64,000 bases of DNA from Camelus ferus (taxonomy: Eukaryota): NCBI RefSeq assembly GCF_009834535.1, contig NC_045696.1:29080001-29144000 (forward strand), written 5' to 3'. Numbering within the stretch: position 1 is the stretch's first letter; each line of letters begins with the position of its first letter. The translations under genes and the position numbers were made by a program. The notes below the pieces were generated by a model. It saw nothing but the letters and a program-made list of their open reading frames with translations. It was not told the DNA's origin and did no database searches. Shown here piece after piece: positions 42,201 to 55,885 of this stretch.

Positions 42201-44104
42201 AGAAGAAAAAAAAGTTCTATAAATAATACAACAAAAAATTTTCTATAAATGTTTAATTTTTCTGAAATAATCATGAAAATAATACAAGAACATAGAAATC
42301 TAATTACTACTTCAATGTTACTTCTGTTCTCACTCTTTCTTAAATCAACTCTAATTTACTTCTCATACATTCACCACCACATTTTATGTGAAAAACAAAT
42401 TAAAAAAACAGATTACATTGTTAATGGAATACATTGCTCATATATATTCAGTTGAATATGTATTCTTTGCTATATTTGATTTTCAGTTCTATAGTTGATA
42501 AATTTATTGCATGCATAATTGACTATGAACCTCAATATTAGTAGTGACAGTGTCACAAGTATGATTATTTGAGAGATCATCTAAACAACGCATTTTCCAA
42601 GGGTCTGTCAAAGAACTGTTAAACCATTAGAAAGAGACCTCTCCTGTCTATATAATATCAGTAAGGACAAAAAGACAGATTATTCAATTATAAAATGATT
42701 GATTGTACTTTCACTATTCAATACGTCTGAGAATTGAGGTAGGTGTACAGATCATGATAGGAAGTCATATAACATATAGGCTCCATTTTAAGTATTTCAT
42801 TTTCTATAAGACTTTTCCCTATGTATATTAATTTATTTTGTCTGTACTGGAGGCACTATTTTCAGTGCTTCCTAAATAAGAGATATGAGAAAATATAACC
42901 AGCAACAAGCCTAGACAGGACTAAGCTTGACTAATGAAGTGTTCTGTAAAGAATGTATTTTGTTTAGCAGCCTTATTCTGTTCACTAAAATATTACTTCA
43001 GTTATGAGTTAGGTCCCACGAGGTTGAATAACTTCTCTATAACAATATCAGGAAGGGAATTATTTTGGGACTTAGAAACAGCTAAAATACTGACAGATGA
43101 TTAAACCTATATTAAATCATGAAAATATATATAGTTTACTCCACAATTAAAGCACAAATATATATATAGGACTTTTACAGCTCTTGTTAGAAAGTTTTTA
43201 TCCTATCTGGTCTCATAGGGGATAAGTGGTGCTAATTTAGATAGGTTCACAGTAGGCGAGAGAAGATAACCTGACTTTGTGGATGGAGCCATTTTGATCA
43301 ATTTGTTGTTGTTACACTGAAAAATCCAACTAATAAAAATAACATTGTTAATGTTAGCTAATGAAAACATTTAATATATGAAGATATCTGCTGTATCAAT
43401 GACATATCATTCAGTGAATATTTTCTGTGTTCCTATAATGGCACATTGTGCTATTAATACAAGGCATCCAGGAAGCAATGAACAAGCAATTCATTGAATT
43501 GATTATAAGTGGATGTGGTGAAGCATATTTCATTAAAAGCTTTTTATATAATGGAGCTCATACTGTATAGAGTAAAAGGGAACTGCCAGAAATTAAACAC
43601 ACCTTCATCATACTAAATATACATTTAAGTTTTATGTAAGGGGAACTCAAAAACCAATAACTATTCAAATGCAAAGGTAAATAATTATCAGAGAAATGAT
43701 AGAGAAATGATACTAGGAGTATATTATTTGTGACTTTGCGGAAAGTGAAGGTTGGGGGAGGGAAGGAAATATAAATGATGCCACCTTTATCTCTAAACAC
43801 CTAGTATTCAGTTTTCTACCAGTAGTCACCAGCCTGAAATACATCCTGTGATCTGAAAACCACTTGATTCGGGCTACGTAATAGTATATATTTGAATAGT
43901 ACAGATGTCTGGGTTCAGAGTATGTCAGAAAATTTCCAAAGTACTCACAAGTAGTTTTCATGAAACGGTCTGGAGAAAGTGAGGATATCACAAATATCGA
44001 CTTTTTCCTAAAATATTTGATTCATTGATACTGGGATTTTCTGAAAACTCATATATGAAATGAGGTGAAAAAGTAATCGATGGAATATAGGACAATTAAA
44101 AAAA

Positions 44105-44620
44105 TGTTTTTGAGATATAGTTGATTTACAATGTTAGTTTCAGGTGTATAGCAAAGTGATTCAGTTAAACATACATATATATATATATTTATATAAACAT
44201 TTATATAAACATATATTTATATAAACATAAAATATATATATATATATTTTTTTCTTTTCAGGTTCTTTTCCATTATGTGTTATTTCAAGAAATTTAATAT
44301 AGTTCCCTGTGTTATACAGTAGGTCCTTGTTGTTTATCTGTTTTATGCACAGTAATATATGTCCGTTAATCCCCAGTGCTTAATTTATCCCTCTCTGCCC
44401 TTTCTCCTTTGGTAACCATAGCTTGTTTTCTATGTCTGTGAGTCTCTTTTTGATTTGTAAATAGAACTTGCATCATTTTTTTAGATTCCACATATAAATG
44501 ATATAATATGATATTTACCTTTCTCTATCTGACTTATTTCATCAATATGATAATCTCTAGGTCCATCTATGTTTCTGCAAATAGCATTATCTCATTCTTT
44601 TTTATGGCTGAGTAATATTC

Positions 44621-44660
<40 letters not shown>

Positions 44661-44912
44661 GCGTGTGCGTGTGCGTGTGTGTGTGTGTGAGATCTTGTTT
44701 ATCCAGTCATCCACTGATGGGCATTTACGTTGTTTCCATGTCTTTGTTATTGTAAATAGTGCTGCTATGAACATTGGGGTGCATGTGTCTTTTTGAATTA
44801 TAGTTTTCTTCAGATATATGCCCAGGAGTGGAATTGCTGGATCATATGGTAAGTCTATTTTTAGTTTTTCAAGTAACCTCCATACTGTCCTCCATAGTGG
44901 CTGCCCTACTTT
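44105..44912 (-). mobile_element. 5'-truncated LINE-1 3' end
   Basis: ORF 44592-44984 encodes the L1 ORF2 C-terminus ([30 protein letters not shown]...DTCTPMFIAALFTI). Contains AT-rich and GT microsatellites. Confidence 0.92.
44623..44689. repeat. Compound (GT)n(GCGTGT)n(GT)n microsatellite inside L1
   Basis: Direct reading. Confidence 0.95.
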
Positions 44913-47085
44913 ACAAGACAAACAATTTTTTAAATGTCTACTAGATAATACACAAATCAGGATATTTTGTCCTATCTTATACATTGAGTTGTCTTAGTCA
45001 CAGATACTTTGAATTAGTCAAGATAATAAAGGCTGCAATTTGGTCTACATGTTATTTGAGTAGTTTTATTACAGAAAATAATTATTGACTAAATTCTCTA
45101 AGTATCTAGGTAAATAAAGTAAATAATTTGCTTTTTTTGCCTTCTGAGGTATCACATATAAATTTTGATACAATTCAGGTAAAAGTAGAATTTCTCCTAG
45201 AATTATTCATGAAGTTTCTAAAAGTCTTTTCTTTTGTTACAAAGTAGCAACTTTTATGAGTCTAAAACTTTTCTAGTTCAGCCAGTTTGCCTCTGAAAAA
45301 AATCTCTTCTTGAGATTTTCAGCACTGGCATTGGCTCAAATCAGGAGATAATTAGGTCTGCAAATGTTTAACAGTGAAATCACTCTTCCCAAATTGTTAG
45401 ACTCAACCTTGGGAAAGGGTTTAGGTCAGTTCTTAATTTAACCAGAGAGGGTAGCTCAACTCTGATGATTAGAGCATTAATATGCTCCTAAAGTTAAATG
45501 TTGGGTATATTAATCGGGAAGAGCTTTAAAAGAGGCAATTCTGTGAAGTGCAATGTGAACTTTTCAAGTTTATACTCACCCCAAAACCGACTGGGATGTT
45601 CTTAAAGTATAAATAAATTTTCCAATTATAGTAAAATGACCAAACACTACAAAATAGAATATTTACTTAAGTCAAATGTAGCATAAGATTCTTCACATTA
45701 ACAATAAAAATAAGTTTAACTGTTAGTGTTTTCTGTTTGGAGCAAAAATTCTCAGCCTGTATAAATTTTTCTTAAATATTAAAAATTAGACTTGGGAGGA
45801 GATCAAGATGGCAGAGTGGGAGGATGCAGAGTTCACCTTTCCCCAGGAACACATCAAAAATATATGTGGAGTACATGTGGAGTAATTACTTGTGGAGTAA
45901 TTCTCACTGAAAGTAAACTAGAGACTGGCAGAAAGACTCTTACGCAGTCAAGGCTGTAAGAAAGATCCACGTGGAGTCGGGTAGGAAGGGAAAAGAAGCA
46001 ACATGTCAGGACCTGCACTCCTAGGAGAGGACACAGAAGAGGAAGGGGATTACATGGACACAGAGATCCTCTGTGGGGGGTAAGCAATTCAAACCATATA
46101 TTAGGCTCCCCAGATTTGGGGTCCAACACTGGGAGGATGAGTCTCCTTAGCTGATTTGAAAAGCAGTGGAACAGACATCAGGGCTGTGAGAACACTAGAG
46201 CTGTTCATGAACAGTGCACACATGCCTACTTATTCCTGAAACACGGTGGAGAAAGCAGATTAAAACTGCCCAGATTCTGTCCAGTTTCCCTCCACCACCC
46301 CAGAAAGTTCACCAGCATGAGCCAAGCACTTGCTGTGACACCTCTTGCTCAAAGGTACAGCTCCACACCAGGGGTAAGGACGCTGTAGTGTAATCGTGGG
46401 GAATGGAGTGGGCATGGACCTGGCATGACATCTAAATGGGGTTAGGGAAGCTATCACTGGTGCTCATAGGGGCAGCATATAGGGAGGAGTCTGGAACTCT
46501 GACTGGTATTCAGACCACCCTAGCACCCACTCTGGCCCCCTTTTTCCACAGTACAGCTCCCCATTAGGACAAAGTTGCTGCTGCTGGAGGAGAGGGCACA
46601 GTTGCAGGGGACTGGAGTCAGCTCAGACCTGGCATAGCATCTAAGTGGAGAGAAAGAATCCATTACTGGCACTCACATAGATGGCAGATCAGGAACAGTC
46701 TGTAACTACGATGGAATGCCTGAACCACCCAAGTGGGCGCTACTGACAGTATTGGGTGCCAGCTCTGGCCCCACTTGCTACAAGACTGTTCCCATCTGGG
46801 GCAAAGTGCCATTCTGGGAAGGGGGAGAGCACACTCTTAAAGGGCAAGAAGCAGCTCAGACCAACACTCAGGGTTTCCACTCCAGAACTTGGGATCCACA
46901 CTTGCCCCTATTAAGGTGGCCAGTGGACACTGAGCAGAGGAGAAGTCCCACTTCACACCTGACTCTGGCTCTAGCCCCTCCATCTCCAACTCCACATCCT
47001 ATCAAGGTGATAGCTGCCGGCACACTCAGGGAAAACATGACTAGTGCTCCCTTCAGATCCAGCTCTCTCACCAAAGCCACTGGAC

Positions 47086-47929
47086 ATCATCAGGAAAATG
47101 CAAATCTAAACCACAATAAGATATCACCTCACACACATCAGAATGACTATTATCAAAAAGCCTACAAATAAAAAATGTTGCTGAGATGTGAAGAAAAGGG
47201 AACTTTCATACACTGTTGGTGGGAATGTAAATTGGTGCAGCCACTTTGGAAAAAAATATGGAGGTTTCTCAAAAAAAGTAAAAATAGAACTACCATATAA
47301 CCCAGCAATTTCATTTCTAGGAATATACCTGAAAAAAATAAAAACACTAATTCAAAAAGATACATGTACCCCAATGCTCATAGCAACATTATTTATAATT
47401 GCCAATATATGGAAGAAATCTAAGCATCCATCAACAGACGAATGGATAAATAAGATGTGAGATATATATACATGAATACCCACACAATGGAATACTATTC
47501 ACCCATAAAAAAGAACAAAATGTTGCCATTTGCAACAACATGGATGGATTTGGAGGGTATTAAGCTAAGAAGATAAGTCAGAGAAAGACAAATACTATAT
47601 GATATCACTTATATATAGAAACTAAAAAATATAGCAAAACAGTGAATATATGAAAAAAGAAACAGACTCATAGATATAGAAAACAGACTAGTGGTTACCA
47701 GTGGGGAGAGGGAAAAAGCGATGGGCAATAAAGGGCTAGGAGATTAAGAAGTACAAACTATTATGTGTAAAATAAATAACCTGTAAGGATATATTTACAG
47801 CATGGGGAACATAGCCAATATTTTATAATAATAACAAATAGAGTATAACCTTCAAAAATTGTAAATCATTATATTGTACACTTGCAATTTATTTACTATT
47901 ATACATCAACTATACTTTAATTTAAAAAA
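47086..47929 (+). mobile_element. Nested 5'-truncated L1 3' end between host 5'UTR and mid-ORF1
   Basis: ORF2 C-terminal peptide ([15 protein letters not shown]...DTCTPML) and a complete 3'UTR lie upstream of the host ORF1 remnant. Confidence 0.88.
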
Positions 47930-49210
47930 TGAGCATAGTTTAAGGGACCTCTATCACAACATCAAGCATACCAACATTCCCATTTAGGGGTCTCAGATGG
48001 AAAGAGAGAGAAAAGTGTCAAAAATGTATTTGATAAAATTACAGCCTAAAACTCCCATACCTGAAGAAGAAAATAGATAAACAACTACAGGAAGCACATT
48101 TAATACCAAAAAAAAAAAAAAGAAAGAAAAGAAAAGAAAATCAAAGATATATACACCAAGACAAGAACAATTAAAAAGACAAAATTTAAAGATAAGGAGA
48201 AGATTTTAAAGATAGTAATAGAAAAACAAAGTATCAAAGAAAGGAACACCCATAAAACTATTTCAACTGTTTTTTTCTGCCCAACCTGTGAAGGCCAGAA
48301 GAGACTGGCATGATATATTTAAAGTATTGAAAGGGAAATATCTGCCACCTAGGACACTCTACCCAGCAAGATTGTCATTCAGAATTCAAGAAGTTATAAA
48401 GATCTTCTTAGACAAGCAAAAAGTAAAAGAGTTTATCAATACTAAACACATCATGAAAGAAATTAAAGGTACTTCTCTAAGTGAAAATGAAAGACTACAA
48501 AAATAAATAATAATCTTTAGGAAAGGACAAATCTCACTTGTAAAGGCAAATATATAGTAAAGGCTGTGAATCAACCACTTAAATAAGCTAGCATGAAGAT
48601 TAAAATGCAAAAATTGTATAGTCAACTATAAATACAACAAACTGTGAAGGGAGAAACATGAAAATGTAAATTATAACATCAAAACCATGAAATGTGGGGG
48701 AGAGGAAGAAAAAATGTAGATCTTGCAGAATGTGTTTAAACTTAAATAACTACCAGTTTAAAACAAGTTATAGGTCAACAAATACTAACCCCATGATGAC
48801 CACAAATCAAAACCTACAGTGGATACACAAAAACTAGAGAGAAAGGAACACAAGCATATCACTTAAAAAAAAAATCATCAAATCAAATGGTAAGGAAAAA
48901 AAGAAGAAAAAAACTGAGAGGAACTACAAAAACATCCACAAAACAAGAAACAAATTGATAAGTACATGCCTATCAATAATCATTTTAAATGTCAATGGAC
49001 TTAATGTTCCAATCAAAAGACACAGGGTAGCTGGTTAGATTAAAAAAAGAGAGCTATCTGTATGCTGCTCACAAGAGACTCACTTCAGAGCTAAAAGACA
49101 CAAATATACAAAAAGTTAAAGAATGGAAAAAGATATTTCATGCAAATGCAAATGACAAGAAAGCTAGGGTAGCAATACTCATATCAAAGTATAGTTCAAA
49201 ACAAAGTCTA

Positions 49211-49344
49211 ATATGAAAGTAAATATATGTATGTACATACAAGACTAGGACACTGTGCTGTACACCAGAATATAACACACTGCAATTGACTACACTTCAA
49301 TAAATTTTTTTAATAAAATAAATAAAACTAAATAAAATATGTAA
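49211..49344 (+). mobile_element. Nested very short L1 3' tail in host ORF2 endonuclease region
   Basis: ctgtgctgtacaccagaa...gactacacttcaataaa plus A-rich tail. Imperfect TSD aaaacaaagtcta / aaaacaaccta. Confidence 0.8.
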
Positions 49345-51526
49345 AAAACAACCTATACCAAAAGATAAAGAACTCCATTATATAATGATAAACAGATCAA
49401 TTCAAGAGGATATAACATTTTTTAACTTATATGCACCTAACATAGGAGCATCTGAATATATAAAGCAAATATTAACAGACATAAAGGGAGAAATTGACAA
49501 TAAGGACTTTAATAGCAAACTTAAATCAATGGACAGATCACCCAGACAGAAAATCAATAAGAAAAGCGTGGACTTAAATGACACATTAGACAAGGTAAAC
49601 TTAATAGAAATCTACAGAACATTCCATCCAAAAACAGCAGAATACACATTCTTCTCAAGAGCATATGGAATATTCTCCAGTATAGATCACATACTACAAT
49701 ACAAAACAAGTCTCAACAAATTTAAGAGGATAGAAATTACATCAGGTATTTTTTCCCCAGATCACAACGGCATGAAACTAGAATAATTACAAGAAGAAAA
49801 TGGGAAAAAGAAAAGCATGAGGACACTAAACAATATGGTACTTAAAAAAAAAACAAAAAACAATGGATCAATGAAGAAATCAAAGTGAAATCAGAAAATA
49901 CCTCAAGACAAGTGAAAATAAAAACACAACTTTCCAAAATCTATAGAACACAGCAGAAACAGTTCTAAGAGATAAATTTACAGCAATACAGGCTTATTTC
50001 AAGAAACAATAAAAATCTCAAGTAAAACCTACTTAAACTACCTGTTAAAGAAAGTAGAAGAAAAATAAACCAGCCCAAAGTCAGCAGAAGGAAGAAAATA
50101 ATAAATATCAGAGAGAAAGTAAATAAAATAGAAGGCAAAAAATCAACAGAATTAAGATTAATAAAACCAAGAACTGTTTTTTTGAAAAGATAAACATAAT
50201 GAATAAACCTTTATCCAGGCTCATCAAGAACAAAGAGAAATGACTCAAATAAATAAAATAAGAAATTAAAGAGGAGAAAACAACCAATATCACAGAAACA
50301 CACACAAAAAAAATTAAAGAATACTATGAAGCGTTTATATGCCAAAAACAGAGACAATTTAGACTAAGTGGATAAGTTTCTAGAATAACAAAACTTACCA
50401 AGACTGATTCAGGAAGAAATAGACAATCTGAATAGACCAATCACTAACAATGAAATTGAATTTATAATTAAAACACTCCCAGCAAACAAAAGATCAGGAT
50501 CAGACCACTACATAGGAGAACTCTACCACACATATAAAGAAGAGTTAATAACTATCCTTCTCAAACTTTTACAAAAAGATTGAAGAAAAGGTAACATTCC
50601 CAAATTCATTCTACAAGACTACCATTACCCTGATACCAAAAGCAGACAAAGACACTATAAAAAAATCACAAGCCAATATCTCTGATGAATATAGATGCAA
50701 AAATTCTCAGCAAAATATTAGCAAACTGAATTTAACAACAAATAAAAAGGATTATGCATCATGATCAAGTGACATTTATTCCTGGGAAACAAGAATTGTT
50801 CAATATCCATAAATCAACTAATGTGATACTCCACATTAATAAAAGGATGGGTGAAAAATTACATGATCATCTCAATATACATAGAAAAATCATTTGAAAA
50901 AATTAAACATCTATTCATGATAAAAATTCTCATCAAAGTTGGTATACAGGGAACATTTCTCAGCATAAGAAAGGGTATTTATGACAAACCCACAGCAACA
51001 GCTAAAAGCTGAAAGCTCTCTAGAATAAAAAACAAGATAAGAATACCCACTTTCTTGCCACTTTTATTTAACATAGTATTGGAAGTCCTAGCCACAGCAG
51101 TCAGACAAGAAAAGGAAATAAAAAGCATCCAAATTGGAAAGGAATCAGTTGAATTGTCACTATTTGCAGCTGAGATGAGACTGTAGGAAATCTTAAGTCT
51201 TCACAAAAAAAACTATTAGAATTAATAAATAAAATCAGCAAAATTACAGAATACAAGATTAATATACAGAAATCTGTTCTTTCCTATGGCCTAGTAATGA
51301 ACTATTAGAAAGAGAAAGCAAGAAAGTAATCCCATTCAAAGTGACATCAAAAAGAATCAAATACCTAGAAAGAAACTTAACCAAATAAGTGAAAGAACTA
51401 TACTCTTAAAGCTATAAAACATTGATGAAGGAGCTGGAAAATTATGCAAAGAAATGGAAATATATCCTGTGTCCATGGATTAGAAAAAGTAATATTGTTA
51501 AAAATGTCCTAAACAGCCAAAGCAAT

Positions 51527-51950
51527 TAGTGAGCTGGTCTTGAGTTGAGTAATGCCATGGGACCCAAGGCCACGATCGGAGCATTGAGATGAGTTACAGC
51601 CGTGGGACTCAAGGCCACGATCAGAGCATGTTTGTAGTATGCAGTAAATAATTGTTCCACGCATGCGTCAATTATATAAGATCTAGAACAAAGAAAATAG
51701 AAGTATGCATGTGCTAGAGATATTGTGTAAGCCTAATGAACAGAGAAACTCAGACTGCGCATGTGTTGACAAAAAACATAAAAGCAGGACAGGTGCATCA
51801 TAGGTGCGCACCTCCTTGTGGCAATAAAGTGTTGTTAACCCCATGGTGTCTCCGGCTGAAGTCTGTCCGGCGGTAAGGCAACTCCTCAAGCATTTTTTCG
51901 TTTGGGCCACTCACCTTCTAGAACCCCACATCAGCCTCCCTCAGCTGACA
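51527..51950 (+). mobile_element. Young ERV solo LTR (424 bp) inserted in L1 ORF2
   Basis: Interrupts L1 'aaagcaat^ctacaga' with TSD GCAAT and ends in CA. Has U3 direct repeats, TATA-like cataaaa (51777) and AATAAA (51823), and is CpG-rich. Confidence 0.85.
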
Positions 51951-54900
51951 GCAATCTACAGATTTAATCAAATCCCTATCAAAATACCTATTGCATTTTG
52001 TCACAGAACTAGAACACATAACCCTAAAATTTATATGGAACTACAAAATGCCCTGAATTTCCAAAGCAATCTTGAGAAAAAGAACAAAGCTGGAAGTATC
52101 ATGCTGACTTCAGACTATAATACAAAGCTATTATAATCAAAGCAATATGGTACAGACACAAAAACAGATACACAGATCAATGGAACAGGATAGAGAGACC
52201 AGAAATAAGCCCATATACTTATGGTCATTTAATCTACAACAAAGAAGATAAGACTATACAATGGAGAAAAGACAATCTCTTTAATAAGAGGTGCTGGGAA
52301 AACAGGACAGCTACACGTAAAAGAATGACATTACAATATTTTCTCACATCATATGCAAAAATAAACTCAAAATGGATTAAAGACCTAAATGTAAAAAACG
52401 TTAAGACTGGAAACCATAAAACTCCTAGAAGAAAGCATAGGAAGAACACTCTTTGATATAAATCATAGGAAACTTTTTTTTTATTTTTTTCCTAAGGCAA
52501 GGGAATCAAAATAAAAAATAAAGAAATGAAACTAATTAAACTTAAAAGCTCTTGAACAGCAAAAAAGATCATTGACAAAACAAAAAGAGAACTTACTGAA
52601 TACGAGAAAATATTTGTAAATGATATGACTGATGAAAGCTTAATATCCAAATAGATAAACAACTTACAAAATTTAATATTTAAAAAAAAAACCCAATTAA
52701 AAAATGGGCAGAAGACCTGAACAGATATTTTCCAGAGAAGAAGTACAGATGGCCTACAGGCACTTGAAAAGATGTTCAACATCGCTAACCATCAGAGAAA
52801 TGAAATTTAAAACCACAATGAGATATCACCTCACTTCTACCAAAATGGAGATCATCAGAGGGTCTACAAATAACAAATGTTGCCAAGGATATGCAGAAAA
52901 AGGATTCCTAGTACAATGTTGGTGGGAATGCCCATGGGTGCAGCTACTATGAAAAATAGTATGGAGGTTCCTCAAAAAGCTGAAAATAGAACTGAAATAT
53001 GATCCTGCAATTCTACCCCTGGGTATACATCAAAGAAAACAAAAAGACTAATTGTGAAAGACACACAAACTCAACGTTCATAGCAACTTTATTTACAATA
53101 GCCAAGATAGGAAGCAACCTAACTGTCCATCAACAGATGATTGTATAAAGGAGGTGTGAGATAGGTAGATATATATGGGTACATGTATGTATGTACATAT
53201 ATATATGAATATTACTCACCCATTAAAAAAAGAAATGTTACCATTTCCAACAACATGAATGGATCTGGAGGGTATTACTGTTAGTGAGGTAAGTCAAAGA
53301 AAGACAAGTACTGTATGTTATCACTTACATGTGAGATTTAAAAAATAAAACTGAATGAATATAACAAAAAAGAAACAGAATCACAAATATAGAGAATAAG
53401 TGGTTACCAATGGGAGAGGGAAGGAGTGACAGGCAAACTGGGGTAGGAGACTAAAAGATACAAACTTCTATGTATAAAATAACAAGCTACAAGGATACAC
53501 TGTACATCACAGGGAATATACCCAATATTTTATAATAACTTTAAATGGATTATAATCTATAAAAATTTTGAATCACTGCATTGTGAAACTGAAACTAATG
53601 TAATATTGCATATCAACCATACTTCATTTAAAAAAGAAAAAAAATTAAGAATTAGCAGACAATTTTTATAACAATTTTTGCATTATAACACAATATTTGA
53701 TTGACATTTATAATCCCATTTAAAGAGTTAAGATACGTATTTTATTATACTCTCCAAATATTCCAATATATACATTTGGGATCTGATATTTACTTCTCAG
53801 CCTCATATTTAATAGGTGAACCTTGGCCTCATTACAAATTAGATTGTTCAATGTATATAATTATTGCTTAGAAATCAGCAAGTTAATCTTGATGCACTTT
53901 TAACTATTTTACATAAGTAATAAGCTGTCATTATCTTAATCTTACCACAAACAAACCATCCCACTTAATCCAGTCAGACTATGCCTGTCTCCCTTAGAAA
54001 TAATAGTATAGTTACCTTAAGAATATGTTGAATTACCTATCTCCCTCAATAGATTCTAAGGTCCTTGAGGACAAGAATCACCAAACTCTATCTTGTACAA
54101 TATTGGGTCCCCAGTACATATAGCACAGCATTTGGAACCAAGTATACATGTTCAAAAACTATTAAGTTAATTAGAAAAATGGGAGAAGCCCAAACAGAGG
54201 ACTCAGGCATAACATATTTATAGTGCATCCTTCTTGTTAAGTCCAGACTTCAATGCTGGTAGTTATCAACTCCTACTTCTAACCTTTGGGCTGTTACATA
54301 TTCTGGTATTAAGTCAAAAGCTCAGCATTTCCTTAAACCCTATCTGTGGGAGGCCCATTTTGACTTCTGCAATATTTGAATTTGGTCTAATTAGACCAAA
54401 ATTGTTTAGACATTGTTTTACAAATTAATCCATCACCTGCTAATATTACACAACTTATATGTAGTGTAGGAAAAGAACATCTGACTTGAGATTTCTCTAA
54501 AGTGTGAAGATAGTATTGATTGATTAATGGAGATTATAATGTTTCTAAATAATTTTGCTTTGAATGACATCATTAAAAAACACTAATCATAATTTCAAAC
54601 ACTAACTGGAATAAAAGAACTACTGGTTTTCTTTGAATAATTCACTTGTTCTGTCATTTGAAAAATCTTACTTTCATTATTTGCAATTCATTTAAGTTTT
54701 CATTTCACTTCATTAAGTTATATTTATGTCCTTGTCATTTAATAACCAATATCAACAAAATGTCATTTATAAATACATTCATCTCTCTCCATTTTAGTCT
54801 AATTGTTTTGTTATATGTCTATTAGTATTATGATTATAACTTCCAATTAGCATTTAAGTACAAGGGAATACACAGCTTAATTTTTTGTCATAAAAATTCT

Positions 54901-55109
54901 TCTCTCTGTGTGTGTGTGTGTGTGTATACACACCTGTGTGGTGTATATAATATATCAATCTAGGGCTCCATTTCTGGAAGATAATGTTATTTTCTTATCA
55001 GTTTTATTTTCCTCACTTCCTAAACATTGTTTTCATTTTTATCAATGTATTCTTTTTTTAGAAGTTTTCTCAAGAAAGTTTCTATGATGTGATAAAATCA
55101 TTGTTCTCT

Positions 55110-55245
55110 GATAATTACGTAATGTGATAGAAGTGCTGATTATTGCTACAATAGTAATTATATTACAATACACAAATATATCAAATTAACATGTTACACA
55201 TCTTAAATTTACATGATATGTCAAATATATTTCAAAGAATGAAAT
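55110..55245 (+). mobile_element. Short L1MA-type 3' tail
   Basis: ataattacgtaatgtgatagaagtgct...tatatcaaattaacatgttacacatcttaaatttaca. Confidence 0.7.
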
Positions 55246-55679
55246 AAAAATTGTTTCTTGATATAACTGAATTAAATCTCTGCAGATTTTTTTCATAGAC
55301 AATATTTTGTGCCCTTTTACTCTCATGAGTCTTTCATAATTGATAAAATAATGCATATAATTTTCTTCTGAAAACACTCATTATATCAAACTTAACTAGT
55401 GCACTCTCTCTGGTACTTTAAATAGAAAGAGAGCTCAGATGAGTAAGTACCCCTGTCACTCATTCTTACCCCTAAGTGCTTATTAAATGTCTCCAGATAT
55501 TCCTGAAATTTGTGTCTCAAGGTACAATTCCAAAACAAATGGGGAGAACATAAGGGAATAAGGGCAGTCATTCAATCAACCAACAATATTTCTGGAGTGC
55601 CTATTCTGTGCTGGCGATATTCTAGAGTATAGAGATATCAGTGAAAAACAACCCAGCCTCATGAAGCTCTTTCTATATG

Positions 55680-55885
55680 CTGGGCTGTCCAGCAGAGTTT
55701 TCTGTGATCATGGAAATGCTCTATATCTGCACTTGCAATACAGCAGCTAGTCACTAGCCTCATGTGGGTATTGTACACTTAAAATATTTTCAGTGTAGGG
55801 ACTAAATTTCTTAATTTATTTAATTTAAAAAATTGAATTTCAATCACCTCATGTGGCTAGAAGTTTCTATATTCCACAGCATGAT
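55680..55885. mobile_element. MER3 hAT-Charlie DNA transposon
   Basis: gctgtccagcagagttttctgtgatcatggaaatgctctatatctgcact...catgtggctag. Confidence 0.8.

Larger units (their letters stand above)
45794..53645 (+). mobile_element. Near-full-length decayed LINE-1 (5'UTR, partial ORF1, ORF2, 3'UTR) with three nested insertions
   Basis: 5' end gggaggagatcaagatggc (YY1-like). ORF1 C-terminal peptide ARRDWHDIFKVLK...LYPARLSFR. ORF2 endonuclease NLYAPN...DIYRTFHP-like...SDHNGMKLE-like, then RT and C-terminal remnants, 3'UTR and A-tail. Many stops and frameshifts. Confidence 0.93.

Noticed and set aside
44170..44250. atttatataaac repeats as a structured array (CRISPR-like or hairpin RNA)
   Set aside because: Slippage-derived AT microsatellite inside an L1 3'UTR, with no unique spacers.
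48288..52952. ORFs with ORF1/endonuclease/RT similarity as functional genes
   Set aside because: Short pieces of a decayed L1 with many stops, frameshifts and nested insertions.
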